From IMG/VR virus record IMGVR_UViG_3300042448_001193: a stretch of 64,000 nt of DNA; one strand, given 5' to 3'. The notes beneath the pieces were generated by a model. The model did not search any database. It was not told where the DNA came from and saw nothing but the letters and a program-made list of their open reading frames with translations. The DNA is from a virus (Duplodnaviria; Heunggongvirae; Uroviricota; Caudoviricetes). This document shows positions 10,026 through 18,325 of this stretch, one piece after another (the first letter of the stretch is position 1; each line of letters opens with the position of its first letter). A program made the position numbers and the translations under genes.

Positions 10026-10053
10026 CTATAACCTGGTATAATAGAGACTTAGA
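10026..10053 (+). promoter_or_regulatory. early promoter cassette (TTGACA 10026-10031, TATAAT 10048-10053)
   Basis: cttgacaattacctataacctggtataatagagact. Confidence 0.7.
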
Positions 10054-10069
10054 TAGAAAGAAACAGGAG

Positions 10070-10453
10070 TTGGAAATGGCACGTGAAACAGTAGCACAAC
10101 GTAATGCACGATACGCCCAAGAGCGTGAAACATACCTCGCAAAGCAAGTGGATGAATATCCACAGCGCCTCATGCTTGCTCTGGCACGTGCTACAAAAGC
10201 ATACTTTGAACTCACTGTAAGTAACAACAACAAGTTCCAACTTACTAACCGTAACGACCGTTATGATTATTTCTCTTTGGCTTACGCACATTCTCCCGAT
10301 AGCCAAGAACAATTAGAATCGTTGGAATATGATCTGGATCGCCATGAAGCGGAACTTGCTGAACGTAAGCGCCTGGCCGAAGTAAAGGCAGAGGCATTGC
10401 GTAAGGTCAATGAATTGTTGACTGCGGAAGAGCGTGAATTGTTGAACTTGTAA
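10070..10453 (+). CDS. hypothetical coiled-coil protein (127 aa)
   Basis: ORF; heptad-rich C-terminus. Confidence 0.5.
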   Translation: MEMARETVAQRNARYAQERETYLAKQVDEYPQRLMLALARATKAYFELTVSNNNKFQLTNRNDRYDYFSLAYAHSPDSQEQLESLEYDLDRHEAELAERKRLAEVKAEALRKVNELLTAEERELLNL

Positions 10454-10512
10454 ATACTGAGTACTTTCCACTGACTTGATCCGTACCATTGACGAATTCG
10501 TAGGATGATATT

Positions 10513-10716
10513 ATGAAACTGAATAAATTTATTGAACAATTGCAAAAACTCCAAACCGAGGGTCATGGCGATAAGGAAGTTTTCTATCGGCACGGCGCCT
10601 CAGGTGATTGTGGTCCATTGTCCTCAGCATTCATTACCGATGAAGTAGATGGTGATTGTGGTCCATTTGACCTAGACGAAGGTGAAGAGTATGTTTCCAT
10701 CTATGCAGGAAATTGA
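10513..10716 (+). CDS. hypothetical protein (67 aa; GDCGP x2)
   Basis: ORF. Confidence 0.45.
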   Translation: MKLNKFIEQLQKLQTEGHGDKEVFYRHGASGDCGPLSSAFITDEVDGDCGPFDLDEGEEYVSIYAGN

Positions 10717-10731
10717 GTACTTTTCACTGAC

Positions 10732-10759
10732 TTGACAATTACCTATAACCTGGTATAAT
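10732..10759 (+). promoter_or_regulatory. early promoter cassette (TTGACA 10732-10737, TATAAT 10754-10759)
   Basis: tgagtacttttcactgacttgacaattacctataacctggtataatagagccatagacag. Confidence 0.7.
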
Positions 10760-10784
10760 AGAGCCATAGACAGAAAGATTCCAA

Positions 10785-11009
10785 ATGACCAAACAATTCG
10801 TCCAAGTCAGTGCCCACAAAGATAGCAATAACTTTGCTCACTGGAGCAATCTGAGTATCATGGCAAGCATGGGTCTGACTGCTGAACAGGCCCTGCGCCG
10901 CTTGCAAGCCATGGCTGATAACTACGCACTGAACGGATATACCATTGAGTGGATCCGTGAGGATTTTGATGCCGCTTACGAAGAAATGTACGGAGACCTG
11001 TTTGTATGA
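10785..11009 (+). CDS. hypothetical protein (74 aa)
   Basis: ORF. Confidence 0.45.
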   Translation: MTKQFVQVSAHKDSNNFAHWSNLSIMASMGLTAEQALRRLQAMADNYALNGYTIEWIREDFDAAYEEMYGDLFV

Positions 11010-11212
11010 CAAAAGTATACACTGTAGAGTTCCATGACAAGACTATGGACTTCCGTCTGGTGCGATGGACAACCATTAGCCCAGGTATTCGCTCAGGTGA
11101 AGACCTGAAACGGTTTGATTCCGAGGACGAAGCTATGAAAGTGGCGGACTGGATGAACGTGGGCGAAGAGTGGGACCTGTACCACCACCAATTGTGTGAA
11201 TTTGATAATTGA
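11006..11212 (+). CDS. hypothetical protein (68 aa)
   Basis: ATGA overlap. Confidence 0.45.
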   Translation: MTKVYTVEFHDKTMDFRLVRWTTISPGIRSGEDLKRFDSEDEAMKVADWMNVGEEWDLYHHQLCEFDN

Positions 11213-11227
11213 GTACTTTTACTGTAC

Positions 11228-11255
11228 TTGACAATTACCAGAAACCTGGTATAAT
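11228..11255 (+). promoter_or_regulatory. early promoter cassette (TTGACA 11228-11233, TATAAT 11250-11255)
   Basis: cttgacaattaccagaaacctggtataatagaaccataccag. Confidence 0.7.
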
Positions 11256-11450
11256 AGAACCATACCAGATAGAAAGACACCAATGAGAACTTACCAAGCA
11301 TTCTACAAAAACCGCGTTATCACCGTAACTGCATCCACCTCATATGAGGCGCAGTTGAAAGCCGCAGCCGTGTTCAAGGCACGTAAGTCCTATGATGTGG
11401 CTATCGTGTTGGCTGATACACCCGTTTTTATTGATTGAAGGAAACCTACC

Positions 11451-11831
11451 ATGAATGACAAAGAAGCATTGAAGCTGGCGCTGGAGGCGTTGGAGTGGAA
11501 CATGGACTATCTACCATCGCAAGGTCACGGCACATCAATGGCGAGTAAAGCCATCACCGCCATCAAGCAAGCCCTTGAAGCACCTGTGCAGAAACGCCCA
11601 CCCAACTGTGGAACGGGCTATTGTTCGTGCGTTGAATGCGTGATGGAACCCGCAGCACAGCCAGCACAGCAAGAGCCGATTAACGTAGCGCAAGCCTATG
11701 CGATGGCTCAGGTCTGCTTAGATTTGCATGATGCCCTCGGCTGCAAGTGGGGTGACAACCCGTATCTTGCAATAGACCGACTCAAAACCGCAGCACCTGT
11801 GCAGGAGCCTGTGGCGTGGCGTGGCGTGTGA
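11451..11831 (+). CDS. hypothetical protein (126 aa)
   Basis: ORF. Confidence 0.5.
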   Translation: MNDKEALKLALEALEWNMDYLPSQGHGTSMASKAITAIKQALEAPVQKRPPNCGTGYCSCVECVMEPAAQPAQQEPINVAQAYAMAQVCLDLHDALGCKWGDNPYLAIDRLKTAAPVQEPVAWRGV

Positions 11832-11849
11832 GATTCCACTACGGCACGG

Positions 11850-12071
11850 ATGGTATGGCTAAACGAATTGGTGATTGGAAACTTTATGGATATTCACCGA
11901 CTCCCGAGGAAGACAAAGAAATCGAACCCCTCTACACCACCCCACCCCAGAACCATGTTTGACTTTATACTAGCCTTGATACAGGCCATTTTGATTTTCC
12001 TGATCCTATCTTTATGGGTGATGTTAGCCGTCATACCTGGAATCTACCACCTAGTGAAATTAGTACTTTAG
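11850..12071 (+). CDS. hypothetical protein with C-terminal transmembrane helix (73 aa)
   Basis: ORF; hydrophobic tail. Confidence 0.35.
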   Translation: MVWLNELVIGNFMDIHRLPRKTKKSNPSTPPHPRTMFDFILALIQAILIFLILSLWVMLAVIPGIYHLVKLVL

Positions 12072-12077
12072 TCTGAC

Positions 12078-12105
12078 TTGACAATTACCAGAAACCTGGT
12101 ATAAT
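12078..12105 (+). promoter_or_regulatory. early promoter cassette (TTGACA 12078-12083, TATAAT 12100-12105)
   Basis: cttgacaattaccagaaacctggtataatagagccatacacc. Confidence 0.7.
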
Positions 12106-12133
12106 AGAGCCATACACCAGAGAAGGAAAGAAC

Positions 12134-12370
12134 ATGTACACAACAATTTGGTCAGGCCGCAATGTCCGTGCTGCACTGACAGTAAAGGTGCTCCAAGAGT
12201 CACCAGCAGCTATCAAATTTGTAGTAGCAGATAATGAAAAAGCTACCTTTTGGTTGCCAAAGAAAGCATTGAAAATGGTGGATGAATGCTATGACTTAGC
12301 ATTTTGGTTCACAAAAGGTGAGTACCTGGCCAGTCTGTTCAACCGCTATGCTAACCACTATAAGACTTAA
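12134..12370 (+). CDS. hypothetical protein (78 aa)
   Basis: ORF. Confidence 0.45.
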   Translation: MYTTIWSGRNVRAALTVKVLQESPAAIKFVVADNEKATFWLPKKALKMVDECYDLAFWFTKGEYLASLFNRYANHYKT

Positions 12371-12519
12371 TAGGAGAAAATGATGTTAATGATTAGTTTG
12401 ATTTTGTATGCCGTCCTTGGCCTAGTGCTGGGTCTTTTGGGTATCAATGTGATTGAAAAGCCCATTGAATTCATAGCGATTATGGCTCTAGTCGCAATGA
12501 TTGATTTGAAGGGAAGTAT

Positions 12520-12732
12520 GTGAGTGAACGAATAAAAGAACTTGCTGAACAGGCTACTAGAAGCAAATACTGGAATGCCACAACTCAGGTAATGATTGAA
12601 GATTTTGATAAAGAAAAGTTCGCCCAGTTGATTGTGGCAGAATGTGCCGAGATTGCACTTACTGATGGACAAGCAACTGGTAACTTTGAGGTCTTCAATA
12701 AGATTACAAAACATTTCGGAGTTGAAGAATGA
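12520..12732 (+). CDS. multicopy family member (MSERIKELAEQATRS ... EKFAQLIVAECAEIA ... HFGVEE)
   Basis: family motifs. Confidence 0.55.
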   Translation: MSERIKELAEQATRSKYWNATTQVMIEDFDKEKFAQLIVAECAEIALTDGQATGNFEVFNKITKHFGVEE

Positions 12733-13061
12733 ACGTTAAAGCATTGTACCGCTGCACCGATTGCGGCCATGAACAAACCGTAACAGAAATCCATACCGAA
12801 GACGGTAGTGTCTATGTGGGTAGTGGCGCCAACTGGTGTGACGAATGCATGGATGGTCTTCCGGAACGAGTAGAGCCCAGGGAAAAAACCCTACTAGGTA
12901 AAGTCCTCACACAAGAGCACCACGACTACCTAATCCAACTGAGGGATTCTGGTGCCACCAACATGTGGGGAGCTACACCCTATATTGAACGGGAGTTTGG
13001 TGTACCGTACGTGGATGCAAAGGCCATTCTATTGGAGTGGATTGAGTATATGTCCAAGTGA
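12729..13061 (+). CDS. Zn-ribbon protein (CTDCGHEQT ... CDEC), ATGA-coupled to family member
   Basis: 110-aa ORF with two CxxC pairs. Confidence 0.5.
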   Translation: MNVKALYRCTDCGHEQTVTEIHTEDGSVYVGSGANWCDECMDGLPERVEPREKTLLGKVLTQEHHDYLIQLRDSGATNMWGATPYIEREFGVPYVDAKAILLEWIEYMSK

Positions 13062-13076
13062 GTACTTTTGATGTAC

Positions 13077-13104
13077 TTGACAATTACCAGAATCCTGGTA
13101 TAAT
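13077..13104 (+). promoter_or_regulatory. early promoter cassette (TTGACA 13077-13082, TATAAT 13099-13104)
   Basis: gtgagtacttttgatgtacttgacaattaccagaatcctggtataatagaacc. Confidence 0.7.
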
Positions 13105-13324
13105 AGAACCATACCAAGACGAAAGATACCAATGAAATATACTGTCCAAGAACTCGCCCTCCAATACGCCGAAAAGCTGGTGGCATTTCACGAAGCAAAA
13201 AACAGCGACCAAGAAGATCGGAGTCATGTTCTCCGCGCCTATGAAGAATGGTGCCATGCTCAGGCTGCATTGGACACTGCCTGCGAACGCGCCGCTAAAC
13301 TTCTGGCTTGAATAAGGAAATACC

Positions 13325-13531
13325 ATGTCGTGGATATTAGATGGACAAAAAATCTCGGCTTGCTACCTTGGCACAGCCGTCACTGGTCGAGTTGTCTCCA
13401 GTCGCGTGAAGTATGGTGGCAGTGTCCAATACTCAGTAGAGCTGGACGAACCTGTCCAGTTGCCTTGGCGCTCAGAGCCTACCAGTTTTCTTCTGGTGGA
13501 TAAGAACGAAGTAATTGATGTAATCGGATGA
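13325..13531 (+). CDS. hypothetical protein (68 aa)
   Basis: ORF. Confidence 0.4.
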   Translation: MSWILDGQKISACYLGTAVTGRVVSSRVKYGGSVQYSVELDEPVQLPWRSEPTSFLLVDKNEVIDVIG

Positions 13532-13624
13532 AAACCCTAGCCCAACAATACATGGATATGGTGGACCAGTATGATATGGTCCCTGAGGATGCTCTGGTGG
13601 ATATCCTAAAGCTATTGGAGAAGG

Positions 13625-13843
13625 TTGCTCCAGATGCACTCCGTACGGAGATTGAAAACATTGAGGAGTATATCTCCAGCTGGTCGGAGTGACATGACCA
13701 AGCATTACTTTGTGGTCTATAAGTCCTACCAAAGACCTGGGCTAGAACACTTTGAGGTTGATGCTGCTAATAAAGCAGAAGCACGGAGAATGTTTCTGGA
13801 AGCCAACATCAAGCACGATTACATTATCAAGATTATATTATGA
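13625..13843 (+). CDS. hypothetical protein (true start probably MTKHYFVV at about 13694)
   Basis: ORF; ATGA-coupled to next family member. Confidence 0.35.
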   Translation: MLQMHSVRRLKTLRSISPAGRSDMTKHYFVVYKSYQRPGLEHFEVDAANKAEARRMFLEANIKHDYIIKIIL

Positions 13844-14073
13844 ACGAACGAATTAAAGAACTTATGATTGAGGCTTTTCAGAGTCACTACGGTGATCCAG
13901 TTACGCCAGTGTCTAGAGAAAAAGCTGTTGAATTAGTCAGTGGCTGGGGAGAAAAGTTCGCCCAATTGATCGCCGAAGATTGTGCTAAGATGTTGGACGA
14001 AGATTCATACATCATGCCCGAACTCGGTGGTTACGCTCACGACATTCGTACACGCTATGGAGTCCAAGAATGA
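13840..14073 (+). CDS. multicopy family member (MNERIKELMIEAFQ ... EKFAQLIAEDCAKM ... YGVQE)
   Basis: family motifs. Confidence 0.55.
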   Translation: MNERIKELMIEAFQSHYGDPVTPVSREKAVELVSGWGEKFAQLIAEDCAKMLDEDSYIMPELGGYAHDIRTRYGVQE

Positions 14074-14318
14074 AAACAATTTACAAATACACAGTAACCG
14101 GTCGCTCCGACACAGAAATGCCGGTTGGTGCCCGTATACTCCATTGCAATATGCAGGGAAAAGATTTCTGTATGTGGGCACTGGTAGACACTGATGCTCA
14201 AATAGAACCTCGAACCTTTGAGGTTGTAGGGACTGGATGGGAACTGGACGAGAATATGTTCTACATTGGGACCTGTCTCGAGGGGTCATTTGTTTGGCAT
14301 ATTATGGAGATTGTATGA
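14070..14318 (+). CDS. hypothetical protein (82 aa)
   Basis: ATGA overlaps both sides. Confidence 0.45.
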   Translation: MKTIYKYTVTGRSDTEMPVGARILHCNMQGKDFCMWALVDTDAQIEPRTFEVVGTGWELDENMFYIGTCLEGSFVWHIMEIV

Positions 14319-14542
14319 ACGAACGAATTGAAGAACTAATGTTTGAGGCTGGTAGGTATGCTGATAAAAATACCGGAAGTTCAGACCGAAGTGGGATGTG
14401 GGTGTATCAATATAGTGAAAAGTTCGCCGAGTTGATTGTGAAAAAATGTATGGAACTTACCAAACGGTGTTCCACTGGTAAAGGCATACACGATTTATTT
14501 GCCGATGAAATCATTAAAGAACATTTCGGAGTTGAAGAATGA
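14315..14542 (+). CDS. multicopy family member (MNERIEELMFEAGRY ... EKFAELIVKKCMEL ... HFGVEE)
   Basis: start trimmed to ATG 14315 (ATGA overlap with upstream stop). Confidence 0.55.
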   Translation: MNERIEELMFEAGRYADKNTGSSDRSGMWVYQYSEKFAELIVKKCMELTKRCSTGKGIHDLFADEIIKEHFGVEE

Positions 14543-14692
14543 TTTATATTAACCTACTATTTGTTGTGACCAGTGCATACTTTTTGTCCGTATCTGAGAA
14601 CAAACCCTCCATTATACTCCATGCCGTGGCTTTGGCACTGAATACATTGGCGGTGATTCTCCACCTAGCCATTATGTAATACTTTCTTCTGA

Positions 14693-14720
14693 CTTGACAA
14701 TTACTGGAATCCTGTTATAA
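14693..14720 (+). promoter_or_regulatory. early promoter cassette (TTGACA 14693-14698, TATAAT 14715-14720)
   Basis: cttgacaattactggaatcctgttataatagaaccatac. Confidence 0.65.
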
Positions 14721-14908
14721 TAGAACCATACTAAGACGAAAGATGACCATGCAAACCCAATTGACTGTAGCAGAATTGATCCGTATTTTGCAAGCATTGC
14801 CAGACCAGGATGCCAGCGTTGAGATGGCCATGAACCAAGAGTATCAAAGCCCAGTTTTCGCCTCGGACATCCATGTTTGGGGTGATACCATTGTAATCGG
14901 AGAGTAAT

Positions 14909-15295
14909 ATGGCCATTGGACATGTATACTTAATTGGACCCATCAAACCCCACAAAGGTTGGACTAGTGGAACTGGAACATGGCCATTCAAAATTGGTGT
15001 TTCCAAAAGCAATAAAGGTGTAGCCAAACGCCTGTCAACTTTGAATACCGGAAACTGGTTGCAGTTGGGCATAGAATATATCTCACCTCAAATTCCAGAA
15101 CCATATGACGTTGAATTGTATTTACATAAGAATTACTCCAAGAGACTAATCAGAGGCGAATGGTTCAAATTATCCTATGCTGAATTCAAATATATTGTAG
15201 ACCGTCTGGATAAGGAACCGGCTGAAACCTTCGATTCAATGAGGGACCGCGGTGCTCACATACGGGAATGGCGCGATAACCACGCCTTGTGGTAA
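14909..15295 (+). CDS. T5orf172/MUG113-type GIY-YIG-like domain protein
   Basis: VYLIGP ... KIGVS ... RLSTLNTGN ... GEWF pattern characteristic of T5orf172 domain. Confidence 0.55.
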   Translation: MAIGHVYLIGPIKPHKGWTSGTGTWPFKIGVSKSNKGVAKRLSTLNTGNWLQLGIEYISPQIPEPYDVELYLHKNYSKRLIRGEWFKLSYAEFKYIVDRLDKEPAETFDSMRDRGAHIREWRDNHALW

Positions 15296-15314
15296 AAGAG
15301 AACTTTCCACTGAC

Positions 15315-15342
15315 TTGACAATTACCGGAATCCTGGTATAAT
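15315..15342 (+). promoter_or_regulatory. early promoter cassette (TTGACA 15315-15320, TATAAT 15337-15342)
   Basis: cttgacaattaccggaatcctggtataattgtatgg. Confidence 0.65.
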
Positions 15343-15584
15343 TGTATGGAAGAAAGCGAGAATTGATTATGAAAAAGACCTACGCCATGTTTACTCCAGC
15401 CGGAGATGCTGCTGTCCGTAACATCACCTTAGCGGCTAAAGCTGCTAAATTGTCCTGGACTACAGTTGATGCTATGTTGACTGCATTGTCCTATGACTCA
15501 CGTTATGCTGAGGCGCTGGATACGGAAGTCCGTGAATGTGTTTATGCCGAGTTGAGCAAATCAGCCAAAACCTATATTCTGTAA
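15342..15584 (+). CDS. hypothetical protein (about 70-80 aa)
   Basis: ORF. Confidence 0.4.
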   Translation: MYGRKRELIMKKTYAMFTPAGDAAVRNITLAAKAAKLSWTTVDAMLTALSYDSRYAEALDTEVRECVYAELSKSAKTYIL

Positions 15585-15586
15585 TT

Positions 15587-16024
15587 ATGAAAATCAAATA
15601 CGCTGTTGTATACACCGGAGATAGCATTGATACCGTGATGTGTGGAAATCGGATATCCCGAGCCGCGCACTGCGCCCAACAACATTATGGTATTGATCAC
15701 ACATTCATTTTACATAGAAACGCAGAAAAGGCTCTCGATAACCTTTTGCGAATGTATGCTCTAACTTTAGATTATGATATTGATTTTACAGATAGACAAA
15801 TTGAATATAACACTCATAGATTGGCGTGGTATAAAAATGAGCTCCTAACTGCTATCATGCATGATCAAAGAGGTCGAGCCGGTGCCATGAAAAGGCAGGT
15901 TAATCGTGTAACGAATTGTATTGCTAAGAATCGCGAGGAACTGAGTAAACTTCTGGATGAGTTAGCCCTGGTTCATGTGAAGCCTGTTCCTTTCGTTATC
16001 GTTGAGGTTCAAGTGGCCTCATAA
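15587..16024 (+). CDS. hypothetical protein (145 aa; start MKIKYAVVY)
   Basis: ORF trimmed to ATG just after upstream stop. Confidence 0.45.
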   Translation: MKIKYAVVYTGDSIDTVMCGNRISRAAHCAQQHYGIDHTFILHRNAEKALDNLLRMYALTLDYDIDFTDRQIEYNTHRLAWYKNELLTAIMHDQRGRAGAMKRQVNRVTNCIAKNREELSKLLDELALVHVKPVPFVIVEVQVAS

Positions 16025-16169
16025 TCATTGATTTTAAAACGGTCTTCTCCAAGTCAATAGGCATGCGGGTTCCAAGAGCCCGGATTTCGGATATCCGATT
16101 CTATTGATGGTTATTGCGTGGATAGTATGGTAGTACCAATCCAGGCATTTATGCATACTTTCCACTGAC

Positions 16170-16197
16170 TTGACACCAGATCCACCTGTGGTATAAT
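16170..16197 (+). promoter_or_regulatory. orphan early-type promoter (TTGACA 16170-16175, TATAAT 16192-16197) with no plus-strand ORF downstream
   Basis: cttgacaccagatccacctgtggtataattgtatcag; runs into 3' end of minus-strand gene 16242..16673. Confidence 0.55.
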
Positions 16198-16241
16198 TGT
16201 ATCAGATCGAAGCAAAAGGCAGGGTGGACGGTGGGAGTGGG

Positions 16242-16673
16242 CTACCGTTGGATCAAGTTCCGCTTCATCACTTTACATGAACACCACTCATTGTACCATC
16301 TGTCGCTTAGTAGTGCCTCATACTGAAATATAAAGTGGGTTTCATAATAGGTACACTCGGAGCGGGTCTTACACAGGCGGATGATGTACCGCTCAAAGTT
16401 ATCTACCCCAAGTGTAGCCACATCCTCTAGCAAAGTCTTATTGGATCCATAGTAATCTTGCCAATCACTAGCAAGGCGGATCTTCTTCCTCTTACCCTTT
16501 ACTGTTCTATAGCCAGCTTTGGTGAAGAACTTCTTACCAACATAGCGGCGACCGGTCACCTTGTTCATTATAACATAGATGAAACCCCAGTGCCCATCAA
16601 GCATTTCATCCGTAACTGGCTTACCGTTATCAATCGTCCATGCTGTCATCGGACTCCTCGGACGGCGTATCAA
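16242..16673 (-). CDS. GIY-YIG-like endonuclease-family protein (GFIYVIMNKVTGRRYVGKK)
   Basis: 143-aa ORF with GIY...YVG motif; start of minus-strand block. Confidence 0.4.
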   Translation of the reverse strand: MIRRPRSPMTAWTIDNGKPVTDEMLDGHWGFIYVIMNKVTGRRYVGKKFFTKAGYRTVKGKRKKIRLASDWQDYYGSNKTLLEDVATLGVDNFERYIIRLCKTRSECTYYETHFIFQYEALLSDRWYNEWCSCKVMKRNLIQR

Positions 16674-16803
16674 TTAGATATTCTGCACAGAAAGGACAAT
16701 GAATTGGATCGGCGTTGCACTCGTCTCCATCATATACTATCTTGAAGGCGTTGTCACAATTTTCGCATTCGTGCTTTATTGTATTCATGCATTTCCTTTA
16801 TTC

Positions 16804-17121
16804 TTATAACCATGAGGTATCGTCCTCATCGTGATATGTATGCATGTTATCTGTGGTCAGCGGAATGTCCAGCATCCAATCCGGATCCTCAAGGACGTAT
16901 TCACCGGACCGCTCAAGGGCTCTATTCTTATTCAGGCGATTGGCAAAATCCGATGCGATGGACCTGGTGGCGGCTCCTTCAGGACTCGCGTGATAGGCCA
17001 ATAGTTTCGCGGACTTCTGCGCCTTCAATTCATCGGACTGTGGGCGACTATTGCCGCATGATTGACCACAAAAACGCCCTCTCTTTTTATGTTGGGCGCC
17101 ACATACCGGGCATGTTTTCAT
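16804..17121 (-). CDS. Zn-ribbon protein (CPVCGAQHKKRGRFCGQSCGN)
   Basis: 105-aa ORF with Cys cluster. Confidence 0.5.
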   Translation of the reverse strand: MKTCPVCGAQHKKRGRFCGQSCGNSRPQSDELKAQKSAKLLAYHASPEGAATRSIASDFANRLNKNRALERSGEYVLEDPDWMLDIPLTTDNMHTYHDEDDTSWL

Positions 17122-17230
17122 AATGCAATATTTATAGGAAACGTCAGTAGTGGAGTAGCACTGTGCTTTTATACAGTGGTTTCAGCAAGGATATTGCTAG
17201 GATTACACCATTATTGAAAGGATATTGCTA

Positions 17231-17419
17231 TTATTTCAATGATTGAGCTATCTTTTGAGCCATTTCCATTAGTTCTTTATACTCATTGACCATCTCTTGG
17301 TACTTGTTTGTCTTGAATGTGATACTGCTATAGGTGGATGCTTCAAACTCTGCTTGTTTACCATTGATATAGTATTGAATTAGCTCTTGGATCTTTTGAT
17401 TGATTTCTTGATTTGTCAT
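17231..17419 (-). CDS. hypothetical protein (62 aa)
   Basis: ORF. Confidence 0.4.
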   Translation of the reverse strand: MTNQEINQKIQELIQYYINGKQAEFEASTYSSITFKTNKYQEMVNEYKELMEMAQKIAQSLK

Positions 17420-17434
17420 TGGTTTTCCTTTTGT

Positions 17435-17635
17435 TTACCAGTCGGATTCGTCTGTGATTGATACTGTTACTGTCGTGTCATAGTTGCTTATTGGTACGTC
17501 TACGCTTGCTGTGAGGATTGTTCCTATACCGGATGAATCATCACATTCTATTGTTACTCTTGGTGCATTCGGAAATGTATCTATAAACTTCTGAATGTCT
17601 ATTAGTTCTTGTCTGCTGAGGATAATTTTATTCAT
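17435..17635 (-). CDS. hypothetical protein (66 aa)
   Basis: ORF. Confidence 0.4.
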   Translation of the reverse strand: MNKIILSRQELIDIQKFIDTFPNAPRVTIECDDSSGIGTILTASVDVPISNYDTTVTVSITDESDW

Positions 17636-17943
17636 TTGTTGTGGTGCTCCAGAATAATTTGCTTTACTTTGTTCATTGAAAAGACTGTTGCATTAGATTC
17701 AAATGAATAACTGGATCGGATGATTCTATAGATTTCGGATGCGTCTTCTCTATTATACCAGGTGCCGATGAATGAGCCATGGATTTCTTTTAGGCCATGG
17801 AGCATACATGGATCAGTTACGTACCGATATTGATATTGCTCCCATTTTTCCGGATGATTTTTTGCGATATCACGGACATAATCTCCATATTGCCGCCAAC
17901 ACCCGGCTATGATCCAATATTGTGTTTTATTAATTCTAGGCAC
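17632..17943 (-). CDS. hypothetical protein, tandem paralog A (GSFIGTWYNREDA)
   Basis: 103-aa ORF, about 45 percent identical to next gene. Confidence 0.5.
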   Translation of the reverse strand: MPRINKTQYWIIAGCWRQYGDYVRDIAKNHPEKWEQYQYRYVTDPCMLHGLKEIHGSFIGTWYNREDASEIYRIIRSSYSFESNATVFSMNKVKQIILEHHNK

Positions 17944-18325
17944 CTACTGCTCCTACTGGTTTACCATATCGGTCTAGGACCTTTCTTGCGGTGAATAGTC
18001 CTGGATTGTATGTGTTTTCGGCGTACCCGATGTGGCTTGCACTTATGATTCCATAGATTATTCTTGCGTCTTCTCTATTATACCAGGTGCCGATGAATGA
18101 GCCTCGCATGTTTCTTTGACCTCTGATTATATCAACATGCCGGACATACCGATAATCATATTGCTCCAACCTTTCTGGATGAATGTCTGTAATATGGCGG
18201 ATGTATTCCACATATTCTTGGTGATTTCCTGTTATCACCCAATAGATTGGCTTACGCTTCTCATTCCAAACCAACGCCTGTAATACCCATGCTGCTACTA
18301 CATCATCGTCTAACATCTTCTTCAC
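17936..18325 (-). CDS. hypothetical protein, tandem paralog B (GSFIGTWYNREDA)
   Basis: 129-aa ORF; shares exact 37-nt stretch with paralog A. Confidence 0.5.
   Translation of the reverse strand: MKKMLDDDVVAAWVLQALVWNEKRKPIYWVITGNHQEYVEYIRHITDIHPERLEQYDYRYVRHVDIIRGQRNMRGSFIGTWYNREDARIIYGIISASHIGYAENTYNPGLFTARKVLDRYGKPVGAVGA

Noticed and set aside
9108-14923. Minus-strand ORFs 9108..9299, 10743..11012, 10858..11301, 12980..13270 and 14672..14923 all contain WFYYTR/LWLYYTR peptides
   Set aside because: They are reverse-strand read-throughs of the repeated CCTGGTATAATAGA promoter cassette, embedded in a plus-strand gene train. They are artefacts of the repeat, not a protein family.
16025-16241. 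Possible tRNA or small structured RNA in the 216-bp gap at the strand convergence point
   Set aside because: No cloverleaf-compatible segments, T-loop GTTC-A-TCC or anticodon stem were found by eye. The gap is retained only as an orphan-promoter/antisense finding.
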